DNA of 61,629 nt, the filler included, from Sluysia triapertura (lineage: Eukaryota): the NCBI GenBank assembly GCA_046118255.1. It is 5 parts of 5 records of this genome, joined end to end, with 100 filler letters (N's around TTAATTAATTAA, not from the genome) between each part and the next. Parts side by side here need not be neighbours in the genome. Positions count along the whole stretch, not along the records: positions 50,692 to 61,629 come from JBJNIA010191207.1; 4 more parts are not named here. One strand, 5' to 3'. Of this stretch, positions 50,901-61,629 are shown piece by piece. The position numbers and the translations under genes are program-made. Every line of letters starts with the position of its first letter. Within the stretch, counting starts at the first letter, position 1. Below the pieces are notes generated by a model, which worked only from the letters and a program-made list of their open reading frames with translations, did not search any database and was not told the DNA's origin.

Positions 50901-51972
50901 AGAAGTTTTTAGATCGATCAAAAAATTACACTCTAAATTTGTATTATTTCAACATTAACATTTTAAATCATAAAGTTTAATAAATGTATTTTAGAATAAT
51001 GAATATCTCATCAAACCGATTAAATACATTAGTGACATCATCCCGTCCATTGAAGCCGTATGAATTATTCGAATTTCGAATAGATAATATTTTGAATAAT
51101 AAAAGTGCAGGATTTCGATTTGGTATATGTATACCTTCATCAAATATCAAAAGCAATGATTTATCAGTTTATATACAGTAAGTATGTTGTAATATTGATT
51201 AATTGATTAATACATATTTTGTATATAGCAAAATTCAATTGAGTAAATTTTAATTAATCTATCGCCAACATTGTTAATACAATTTCGTATGATGTGTATA
51301 AAATATAATTATTTTTATAATTGCAGAATAAAAAATGTGCTGCATTCATTTTTATACGTAAAAGTAGTTTATTCAGGCTAAAAAAATTTCATATCAAGTC
51401 GAGAATGAATATATTTCAATATCTATTAATAGAAGAATAAAATATTTTGGATTTGAATCTAGAAAACATAAAAAACATAAATAATTAATATTATTATTAA
51501 TGTTTAAGACGAAATTTATAAAACCATTGACTTTTGTTATAGGAACGTTTCTTAATTTTCTTTTCTTTACTCTTTCTATAGAGTATTATTTTTGAATTTA
51601 ATTTTAAAATAAAGTAAACATCATGACCATGTGAGACTTTATGTGTGATTTTATTATATTATTTGTTTGAATTAAAAAATCAATTTTGTTATTTTAATCT
51701 TCAGATCAAATACGGTTTGGAATCGCAGTTGTCAATCACCTGACAAGTATAGTTATAGTTTGAAAAAAGAATCGGAAAACTCAAAAATTGGTTTTATCTA
51801 TCATCCAAATAAAAACATGGTATTTTATTTTGTAAATGGTCGCAACATGGGTCCAGCAGGTTTTCAACTGCCACCTAATGATACGTTATGGGCATATTTT
51901 GCTATTCTAGACTTTTGTGACTATATTGCTAGTGCTTCACTGACTTCAAATTCTGGTCAAGTGTTTTCTTCT

Positions 51973-52051
<79 letters not shown>

Positions 52052-55000
52052 ATCATGATAAATATAAAGCAAAATTACTGAATGATCTAAAAGGATGTAC
52101 TTAACTTTAGTGCTTAATGTGTGATAAATATTAGATAAAAGGTAAAAATATTTTTCCAATAAAGGTACCACTAAGTTTTTGATTCAATAGCATTTTTCAA
52201 CAATGCAGTCGAAATCATTAAATCTTTGACTTGTTATCAAAAAACCTAATCTTAAATATTTCCAGGAAAAGGAATCTAAATGTGAAAAATCTCGTGATTT
52301 TACATGCTCATCCTTTTTCTGGCAATATTTAAGATCTTGCTTATTCAGAAAATTATTAAAGGAACTTTTGGATTATCATAATAGAAATTCAATGGAATCT
52401 CATTAATTTTGTTAACTCATTTCATAAAATCTTGTACATAATAACTGTAACTAAGGCGCTATTTTTTAATGAGGTTGTTCTAAGGTTTAGAGCAATTATA
52501 TTTTTAACTAAACAATTTTCAGAATGTCTGCGTATTGTTTAACAACTAACATTCCAGGTCTAATATGCATGTCACTTGTTTATTGCCATTAATTTAATTC
52601 AATTTTAAACCCTGAGTCCTGATTTATTTGAACTTTTTTAACACATTGAACGAATTTAATTTTACTACAATATTACAATTTTATAAACATAACGAAAATA
52701 TAAACAAGTAAATCAATACAAGATTGATTACGTTAATCAAACATAAGTTAAATTTTAATAGTGTTGAAAATTGTGAAACTTTTCAAAGCAGCTTGGTAGA
52801 TTCAAATGTACTTTGATTCGTTTGCAGTGTCTCTTTTCTTAGTTTTGGTGATAAAAACGCGGCATCTTTTCGTTGGAGGAATATTTTCCGGAAAATGTCC
52901 CAAAAATAAAAATGTAAATGTAAACATGTTGAAACAAATTTATTTGCGTTCGTCAATTGTTACAAGGACACCAATAGTGTTAAGGAAGTGGCGCAACGCA
53001 TGCGCATGCGCACATTACTACATAAAAAAACACCATGCATATGTTAAATTGCAATGACGAGTCTCGTCAAATGCACCCAAACGGTTAATTTGTGTTTAGA
53101 AACTACGCATTATTTTCATTACTATATATTTCTTATCTTGCAAGTTTGTAAATAAGCTGAATATTATAAGTGAACAAGAATAACATAAATATTGCATAAT
53201 TTTCGTTATATTTTCATCATATTCTCTAATAAATATGAAAGATAATTCTGCGATTCCAAGGTGAGTTTCTAATTAACGACTTATCGCAAAAGTTATAAAA
53301 TCTTATTATCTCTTAGACATAGTAAAATAACTCGATTATTGCTAATTCTTTTAAAAAGCGTAAAAATATTATAACCAAAGAAAACAGTTATAAAATAAAC
53401 TTATCTGAGTTGTTGGAATTGCTATAAATTTTTTGAAACGTGTTATAATAGTTTTAAATTTCAATGACATTATCGGCAATCATATCCACACACACCTTTC
53501 GTTATATTGATATCACGAATTTTACAGTATTGTATTTTTTAAATCGTCTTTTGAAAATAATAACATTTTATAAGACTTAAATAATGATTAAGAAGGAAAC
53601 TATTAATATTTTATTAAGGCTTCTAGCTACATAACTAAGTTAAAACATTGATTTTTTGATTTGTAGAAGTACAAATTGCTTTTGAAATGATCAAACCACT
53701 AAACTGAATATTCGATAAACAAGTCAACTCGAAATTTTCATTAACCGGAACAAAATAAAACTAATATTTTAAAAGAATGTTTATTTATTCATGTTTAATT
53801 TCTTTGTATGAATGTTTTTGTGGTACTCACTTTACATAGTCTGTGTTGTAAGTTTATTGTGATATTTTCGACAATAAATACATTTTATTCAAGCAAAAAA
53901 TTGTCTTTGTAAACAAGTTATTACGTATATAAAATATATTAATATTAAAAATTATACAATAAACAAACTGTTTTTATATCCGATAACAAACAAATGGTAA
54001 ATATTTATATATCTTTATAAATTTTTTTCAAAATTAATCATCGGACCACAAGCAATACATTGTATGATTATTTTGTAAAAACTTTAATTATTAAATCAAA
54101 TTCAGAAAAATTAAAAACTCACCCTTTCAGTCCCGAATTTTTTTTCCTTAAGATATATGATTTATTGTCTTTATAGATGATGATTTAGGAAAAATGTATG
54201 AAAATTGTAAATATTGACGTGAAGTAAAAATATATAGGTCAAGGTTCAAACATAAATATGCTCTTTGTATTACTTTAGTAGGATCTTGCATATCAGTTGT
54301 GTAAGAGAAAAAATCGCCATTGACGCCATATAGCTGTCCCGGGGCTGAAAGGGTTAATAATAAAGTATTTTTAAAAAATTCACAAAGTTTTATCTCCTAT
54401 TTAGGCCCAAATAGAAAAACCAAGCCTTTATGAAGAATTAAATCATGTTCCTTATAAAATTATTCAAGACCTTTCTATGAGTAACAAGGTTAATTATTTA
54501 TTTATTTATTCTTTTATTTATCATAGACATCTGAAATTCAATCTATAAATACATCAACTACTAAACCATTTTGGAATCATTACAATCCATTAGACCTAGA
54601 TAGTTTCCGAAAAATGCCACTATTTGATGATTCAGTTAGATTTGAAAAAGGTATTCGAAAATATAATTATAATAACTTGTTATTATCAACTGAAAAAAGA
54701 TTATCATGTCTATTTATATCGAATACGGCTTTGCAAACGAATTCTTATCATGAAGTAAGTTATAACTTGAAGATATAACTTATAAGTTATAAGTTGAACT
54801 TTTTATCAAAAATTATTTTTATATTAAAATTTAATAATTTATTCGACTTCCAAAAAAATTCATGAAATACTTTCTAATCACAAAATCTCTAACTTGAAGC
54901 ACATGTATGTATGAACACCATTCTATTCATATTAAATTGTGGAACAAAGATCATTTGAAATATATCTAAATTGTTTTCAAACATTGACAGGTAATTGTAA

Positions 55001-55604
55001 ACGCATTATCCAAACAACAAAATTATTATTAAAATCATTATTATCATTAAAACATAATTTAGTATTACCGATATATCTCGGGAAAACAAACTTCATTGAA
55101 AAAAATTATACATTGATACTCCATACCTAATAGACACCTGGTATATATTTACGCTGTACGAATAGATCTAAATGTATTATGATGAATTTTACTTTATGCA
55201 TGACAAAAATGAACCAGAGATTTTCACTTTAAATATTTTATGTAAATCTTTTATGTAATTATTATTTAAACATAATAAACGTACTTTTAAACATAATATT
55301 TGTTTATTATTTTAAAATTTAATAATAATTTATATTTGAATAGTTAATATTTTGTCATGGAACCTCAGTAAACAATATAAACAATTTGTTTTGCAATAGT
55401 GATGATTGTAACAATTCTGATTTTTTGTTTAAATCGTTACTGTTTGGTTTTTTACCCAATGTAATTTCGTTGAGTGATTTGGATACTTCTGATTGGTCAA
55501 ATTTGAACTTACCGTTTACGAGTTGGGTGGTATGCAACGAAAAATTAATCGTGTATAAATGGCTTTATAACTATAATTTTGCACCAGAATTAATGAAATT
55601 GAGA
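41964..55604 (+). CDS. Multi-exon protein with at least two divergent NHR (neuralized homology repeat) domains; exons ~41964-42245, 45662-46027, 47784-47906, 48197-48405, 50995-51177, 51705-51960, 54527-54754, 55344-55604; both ends open
   Basis: LVTSSRPLKPYELFEFRID...GFRFGI and KIGFIY...FYFVNGRNMGPA...LP...LWAYF match the NHR consensus. A second repeat reads LFISNTAL...SLLFGF...SWVV. Exons are AG/GT-bounded and mostly phase-compatible; 47906 to 48197 needs a small extra exon (candidate 48031-48059). Linkage across two gaps is assumed. Confidence 0.7.
43050..43380. repeat. Interspersed repeat with copies at ~46600-46990 and ~55060-55110 (possibly a MULE/FLYWCH remnant)
   Basis: Shared TTCATTGAAGAAACTG..ATTGTCAAT and CATTATAAGAAC...AAAACTATCTG blocks. 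The family assignment is a guess. Confidence 0.65.
43700..45110 (+). mobile_element. pogo/Tigger-family (DDE_1) transposon remnants with two tandem right ends
   Basis: VESKGVKSV...HFTVVL and LIGDSAKSHVTDDVK...LSVIP...LLQLID match the pogo DDE_1 motifs. The terminus is ...AATTTACTG+TA at 45110. The subterminal block 45027-45100 is repeated at 44275-44350. Confidence 0.8.
49445..49573 (+). repeat. ~55-bp low-complexity tandem repeat, about 2.3 copies
   Basis: TTGTATTATTCTTTATTATTACTATTATTATTCTTT...CTCTATTATTCTTTA is repeated. Confidence 0.85.
49770..50378 (+). mobile_element. Internally deleted DD39D (plant-type mariner) transposase pseudogene with decayed right TIR
   Basis: NLSPDAREVVYHAFFELS (N-terminus) is joined directly to QPPNS...FFNA...KTVEGL...VFISRQ..IVEIMKVNGDNN...GKLPISI (DD39D C-terminus). 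GGACGCTTATTTCTAGAC...GGAGG at ~50344-50372 resembles the TIR at 12076-12102. Confidence 0.75.
50692..50842 (+). mobile_element. End of a young hAT (Charlie-like) non-autonomous element
   Basis: GC-rich palindromic GGAACCC/GGGTTCC subterminal motifs ending ...CAGGTTGAAGAGCCCTG. The next 8 bp, ACGTAGAT, have a central TA. The other end is in the gap. Confidence 0.75.
51975..52050. repeat. (ATT)n microsatellite (intronic; produces spurious poly-Leu and poly-Ile ORFs)
   Basis: Direct reading; it lies after the GT donor at 51961. Confidence 0.97.
54122..54353. mobile_element. piggyBac-type MITE, 232 bp
   Basis: TIRs CCCTTTCAGTCCCG and CGGGGCTGAAAGGG (13/14 match). TTAA on the right, degenerate CTCA on the left. 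Confidence 0.8.
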
Positions 55605-57789
55605 GTTAGTTGAAAATTTTTGGCAATTAATTAAAATATGGTGTATTTATTAAATTAGCAAAAGGATATTCCTAAAATTATTACAAGGTTTTCCTAACGC
55701 AAATCAAACTGAAAATTAATTAACTTGTATTTTACACTAAGAATGACCAAATATAATTGTATATAGTAAAATTTATTTAAATATATAAAATAACAAATAT
55801 TAAATAATTTCTATATCAACTTAACCATTTTATCAAAAATATTTTACAAATTAATATTTTTTGAAGTCTTTTATACTCGAATAAAAATCAAAGAAATTAA
55901 TCAAATAAAATACACTTAAAAATATATTAAAATCATGTGCTATAATTATTATAAATATTTTTTATACATTTTAAGCAAATGTTTTTGGAATTCTGACAAA
56001 CAATACGTTATTTTAAAATCTTTTATTTGGGAACGCAATCTACATATATTTTTCATTGGCAATTTTAAAATTTTAATAAATGGTTTAATAATGTAGAATT
56101 GATTTTAATTTCTTTTAAAATCAAATAAAACTTTTTTAGTTCTTATAAACTTATAAGCTTATTGAAATTCTTTATATTTTTCCTTAAATATTATCATGAT
56201 ATTGTAATAAATAATATTTGATATTAAATGTTATCAAAGGCTATCATTTTGATATTCTGAGAGTCATATGAAACTGTATCAATTCACACAATTCATCTTT
56301 GTTGATTTACAAAATTGAATAATTTCAGGCTTTTCGGAGTGATAAAAGAGCAAATTGTTATGCATAGAACTAACAAGAATAACACTATAATTTACCATTC
56401 TGGAAATTTCATAAGAAAGTTATTTCCTGATGTTTAAAATTGGAGGTCAAAAAATTTCTGTTATTTCAAAAGGTTCCGATCAAAGTCGTTTTAACTAAAT
56501 TCAAATTCGTGAAAAAATGTCTATTATTGATCATCCACATTCCAGTTATGGAGATAATAAATCCAAAACAACTTTTTTCTATATGCTTATGAACATTGAA
56601 AAGGAAAGAATTTTTAGAATACCATATTGATGCTACACTTTCCTGGCATAAACTAAAAGTCAGTGTTATTAAGATTGCTATTGTTTTGTCATTGTTATTA
56701 TTATTTTTGTCATTTTTTATCCTTTTCTCTGTATTCTACATAGATTATTATTAAATCGTTATCAAGTTATTATCTTTGTTCTAATTGATTTTTCGGTATG
56801 TTCTGCGTAAAATATGAAGTGTAAATGTGATATTTAGGTAATTATCATAATGCGTAATTCAAAATTTAATTTTGTGCGCTTCGAAGATCATAAAATTTTT
56901 GATTTCATTCGAATTTATAGTGTATTTATTATGTGAATTTACATTGAGCTTTGGTTGATATATAATTGGACTTTGTGGTTTATAACAGAATACATAAGCA
57001 AGTATCAAAAGCGTCATAAATGTTCGCATTTATGATATTTTTGATTTGGTATGCTTAGTAAATAAATATTCTTAGTTTTTATTCTTTGAATAACTATTGG
57101 ATCGTATTATATTTTGATGGTTTTATGTTATATTTTCCTTAAGGATTTATAATGATTTAACTGCTTTAGTTACAAACAATCTCAACGCGGTTTTTGAGTA
57201 TTTGAGCTAACGAATTTGACATAAAATTCAATTTTTGATTTCTGTGATATTTATTCTTCAAGTGATGTTTACAATTAGTGCTGAGTTTTGGGTAACAACC
57301 GAGTTCTTAGGATAAGTCTTAGAAATGAATTTTAGTATTCTATATCTTTTATAATTATCCTCGATCATAATGGATGGGTACAATATTGTTTACATAAGCA
57401 TTATAAATGTAATTTGTATATATTAATGATTGTTACTTTTATTGGTTTATCTAATGCAAGAAAAATATTATAAATTTGGATAGTAAAATATTTAATATTT
57501 CGAATAAAATTGAGTAATATTTCGAATAATATAATAAAATTGAACTTAAACCATTATCTTTTGGTATTCGACGGTTTTTGGATTCAAATTGTAATGAAAT
57601 TTCTGATATTATCAATGTTAATACGAACAATGCTACAACCAATGTTTCTCTTGAAAAGACAATGTTAGATTGGTATTTTGTTTGTTCAATTGATTTTTTG
57701 TTTTTTCTTTAAATGGTTAATTGACTCCTTAAAATCCATACCATTAGTTTCGAAAAGTAAACCCTTGTGTATAAACATTAAAAAAAACT

Positions 57790-58965
57790 TAATCCCTTAA
57801 CGTGCACATTCGAGTTAATTCGAGCGCGCTAAATAGGCCAAACTGCACACACTCGAGATAATTTGAGCGGGTTCGTTTTATTGATATTTATCATTTGCGA
57901 TTTATTTAAAGGCTATCGTTTATATTTTACGATTTAGTAATGAAATATCAAATCTTGTTCCTCTTGTTTTATATAATATTTTAGTTAAGCGTGTCTTTAT
58001 AGACAGTTATTTTGTTTTCTAATTTTCAAATTATTATTATTACTACATTTTATTTTAGATTATGTGTGGTTTCACTCTACAACATATAACACACATCTCA
58101 TTCATTATCACCATCAACTACATAAACCTCATCACAAACAAAAACCATATCAAAATAAAATACGTTTACAATATCTGCAGTATCACATTTTTTTCTCCGG
58201 GCGATTCACAAACGTTTAATAAAATCATTTCAATAAAATCCCGTTTATTAACATCTCTTTATATGTAATGTCTATTGCCAACTCACCATCACTACAACAC
58301 TACCTTTTTATTATATTTATTGTTGTAAATTTTAAAGCCTTAAAATAAACATGTATAAAAGTACTCAAATCTGATCAGACCAAATTGATAGTGAAGATAT
58401 CATTCAATCATGTGAATATTTTAAAATTTGCACTGAATCTTGTTGGAAGATGTTCTACCAGTAGTGCTCAATTAACAAATAATAATGAACTTTTTTTGTT
58501 CTGAAATGTCCACATACCGTTTGGCAATATTCCTTTATATATATATCGTGTTAGTCAGTACGAATCAGTAACCTAAATGTTTAATTCGCCTACTTCAATT
58601 GAAAGCTACTAGGAGTACAGAAATGAGTCAGATACTTTCTGCATTTAATACACTCAATTTGTTATTATCAAAAAGAAATAAAAAAGAAGGCTGAAAACGG
58701 ACCGCTTAATAAACCAGAATGCCAAAATGGAAATTCTTTAAAATACTGGCGTGATGAAGGCGGATTGAATTGTTTTGAACAAAATTCATTTCAAAATAAT
58801 TTCCACAATAATGGTAATGATTCTGCCAATATAAGTAAACACTGTGATTTATGTCAATATTGTGCTGCCATTGAACTGTTGAGAGAAAGCAGCTACAAGA
58901 AGCTTTCTTATGGGAAGTTATATCTGAAATTATTCAAATGCTTACAATGTCAAAAAAAGATTTAG
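57790..58965 (+). mobile_element. Decayed piggyBac-like element
   Basis: Starts TTAA-TCCCTT with a subterminal direct repeat TGCACA..CGAG..AATT.GAGCG. KPE...Y...GGLNCFEQ resembles YNxxxGGVDxxDQ, and the C-terminus is Cys-rich (CQYC...CLQC). Confidence 0.5.
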
Positions 58966-60199
58966 ATTAAAATCTATGCCGTCATTATCATTATTATTTT
59001 ATTATTATTAACACTATTTTATTATCTTTATTATTTCATTTTATTTTTATTATTTTATTATTATTTTTATTATTTTATTTTATTGTTTCATTTCATTATT
59101 TTTATTATTCTATTTTATTAATTTTATTTTATTATTTTATTTTATTAATTTTATTTTATTATTTTATTTTATTAATTTTATTTTTTTTATTTTTATTATC
59201 ATTTTATTTTATTACTCCTATTATCATTTTATTATAATTACTTTATTATTTACAAAGTTTTAAAAAGTAAAAAAATTTAAAAAAATTTTAAAATCTCAGT
59301 TTAATTATCTTTAGGCAACATAACTTTTTAAATAAAGTCCAATGTTTTATCGGCCGGAACAAGACGAAATTGAGGACAGAACTGAAGTTGTTTACGAAGG
59401 AGTTCGTGAATCAAATGCAGCGGTCCGCATTAAAAATTTGAACTTAAATAATCACCCAGATTTGTATATTTGTAAATGGGGTGATTTTCATCATTTATCT
59501 ATTCACTTTTTGTTATTTAGAATTAGTTTAATTGATGAATTAGTGATACTTAGTGTTAGTGACTGTTCAATAAAGTTAGATGATGTTGATGAATGTGCGA
59601 CTATGTTTCTTCAAGTTCGTTTATTGATCAAGAAGTCACAGTATACTCGTAACTTGGGCACTAGATTAAGTGATCGTTATGGTATGCGTGAGAGACTATG
59701 TCACGGAACTTGCCGGTATGGAAGAGTGTCCCGAAATCAAACAGTACGACAGAAGAAATTATCGTAAGCTTCTTATTTTGAACAAAACATTTTATTACAT
59801 GAGAATAATTGTGAATGTACTCAAGTTTATGTGAATAAAATCATTCTAGTTTGTTACTATATTTTTCGCCCTCAAGACCTTAATACAAACTTACTTAATA
59901 CAAACCTATTAAAGTGCCTTAAGCACATATGTTGTAATAATAAATTAATAATTTGTAAACTAATAATTCTATCAAATTTGAATAAATTAATAGTGAAACA
60001 TTTTAAATCAAAATTCGCCACTATAGGTAGCTTATGCAAGCAGAGGTAAATGAATTATTCAACAATAAAAGAGAATGTCATAATATAGTGTACGCATGTA
60101 AATTATTCCGACATTATCTATTAGAACAAAAAATAGACCCTTGACTTATGCAATCATAAAGATGAGTTAAGTCGATTAAACAGTTAGTTTACAAAACTA

Positions 60200-60760
60200 G
60201 CAGAATTTGATCTACAAATAATACATACATAATCAATGAACAATGGTACAGATTGAATGTCACGGTTAACAAAAACGGATGAAGAAGGAAATATAATTTT
60301 TTATACAAATAATCAAAAGAGATAATCAAACATCAAGGAGAGTACGAAAGATTGTCATATGCTTTTGAAGTAATAGATAAAGGATTATTAAACGAAAATC
60401 AGGCAAAGAGACTATCAATAATTGATTGAATGTTACGTTTTAAGGATTCAAAAGACGAATGGTATTGAATTAATAATACCATTGCTAATTCAATTCCACA
60501 ACGGTCAAATGGGAGGACATTTATGTTGAATTAAAAATAAGTATTACTGGGATAATACGGAAAAGGATATCAAAAAATGGATCAAAGATTGTGCAATATG
60601 TTGTAGAAGAAAGAATATTGGAACTAAAACAAAAGTACCACTGAATTTACTGCAATGAATATAATGGGACACTGCCATAAACAGATTGACTAAGTGGCCA
60701 GAAGCTTATCAATGCCAAATCCAAAGGCAGAGGCAGTTGCTTAAATTCTAGTAGAAAAAA
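60200..60760 (+). mobile_element. Ty3/Gypsy integrase pseudogene fragment
   Basis: FHNGQMGGHL...KYYWDNTEKDIKKWIKDCAIC (HHCC zinc finger), then LTKWPEAY/MPNPKAEAVA*ILVE (integrase core), with frameshifts. Confidence 0.85.
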
Positions 60761-61553
60761 TAAGATTAACTTATAATAATCAGAGGGTTTACTTAATAAC
60801 TTTAACTTTTGCTTAATTTATATTATTAATGTTAATCTAGTATTCTTTTAAATTACACTAGGTTTTTCTTTAAATCCAAATCTACTTAGATGGTATTTAA
60901 CAATGTTCTACGGTCAACTCGTGTGTTGATTTCTCAATGTTAATTTCTTAATATAGTGTCACATCCGTCTTATTTGTCAAATTTAATCTTTATTAAAAAA
61001 TCTTTATTAACTTTAGTAGTACTTATTTTATCTGTTTATCTAGTTTAATTGCCCTTATGGTTATTCTTTAATTCACTTCAAGATTTATTTGTTTCTCAAA
61101 AAGGAAATGAATGAAACCAAATGTACAATATATTCACCAAATATAAGTATATTAATCTTCAAATGTAAATATCTAGTACCATCTGTTATTCAGAAAAAAA
61201 GAAATGTCACAAATATACAATTAAAAAATGTAAATGATAATACAACCTTTAATAACAACAATAATAATTTAATATTTGTTTATATTAAGATTATCTCCAT
61301 AATTTGGATTACAAATTGTAAGAAGATTTTATGACTATCGTTAAGTTAGCATATAAATAAATGATTTTAAGTTTTATGTTATTTCTAATTTTAAATTAAG
61401 CTATAAACCTATCGTAATAAAAATTACAAAATTTTAAAGAGAATGTTATAAGTTTATTATAAATCATAAAAAGTTTATTATAAAACAAAACAGAAAATTT
61501 TATTATGAATTTAACAGAAAGTTTTATTATTTTATTACGGAAAATGTTATTAT

Positions 61554-61554
<1 letters not shown>

Positions 61555-61629
<75 letters not shown>
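61555..61629. repeat. (ATT)n microsatellite at the window end
   Basis: Direct reading. Confidence 0.97.

Noticed and set aside
51929-52171. Poly-Ile and poly-Leu ORFs as membrane proteins
   Set aside because: Translation of an intronic (ATT)n microsatellite. The same applies to the ORFs at 13771, 20412, 43454 and 49380 in low-complexity DNA.
59342-59767. 141-aa ORF as a host gene
   Set aside because: It partly matches the repeat at ~15980-16080 and lies next to Gypsy debris, so it is probably TE-derived; no motif recognised.

Overview
This is a very AT-rich eukaryotic, metazoan-type genomic scaffold. It has five assembly gaps, GT-AG introns of two sizes (about 36-60 nt, or kb-sized and TE-filled) and many decayed transposons. 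The ~37-nt introns and highly divergent proteins suggest a reduced parasitic animal such as an orthonectid; this is inference only. Recognisable genes: a Blimp-1/PRDM1-like zinc-finger gene with only three fingers, an LCAT/LPLA2-type exon, a ferritin C-terminal exon, a multi-exon NHR (neuralized-repeat) protein and two low-complexity ORFs. Two things stand out. (1) A thymidylate synthase gene in which a catalytically dead, internally deleted TS module is fused in frame in front of a conserved TS module. The losses are reciprocal: the dead module keeps the trans-acting Arg-Arg pair and the conserved module has lost it. This is what a single-chain pseudo-dimeric TS with one active site would look like, although the catalytic C-half exons of module 2 are not visible in the window. 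(2) A family of ~156-bp LTRs, each carrying a tRNA-Ala-like Pol III cassette. It occurs as one complete 403-bp TRIM (LTR-PBS-PPT-LTR) and two solo LTRs with 4-bp TSDs, one of them split by a nested 1.7-kb insertion. Remnants of Gypsy, pogo, DD39D mariner, piggyBac and hAT elements fill most of the rest. All alignments were made by eye against remembered family motifs; no searches were run.
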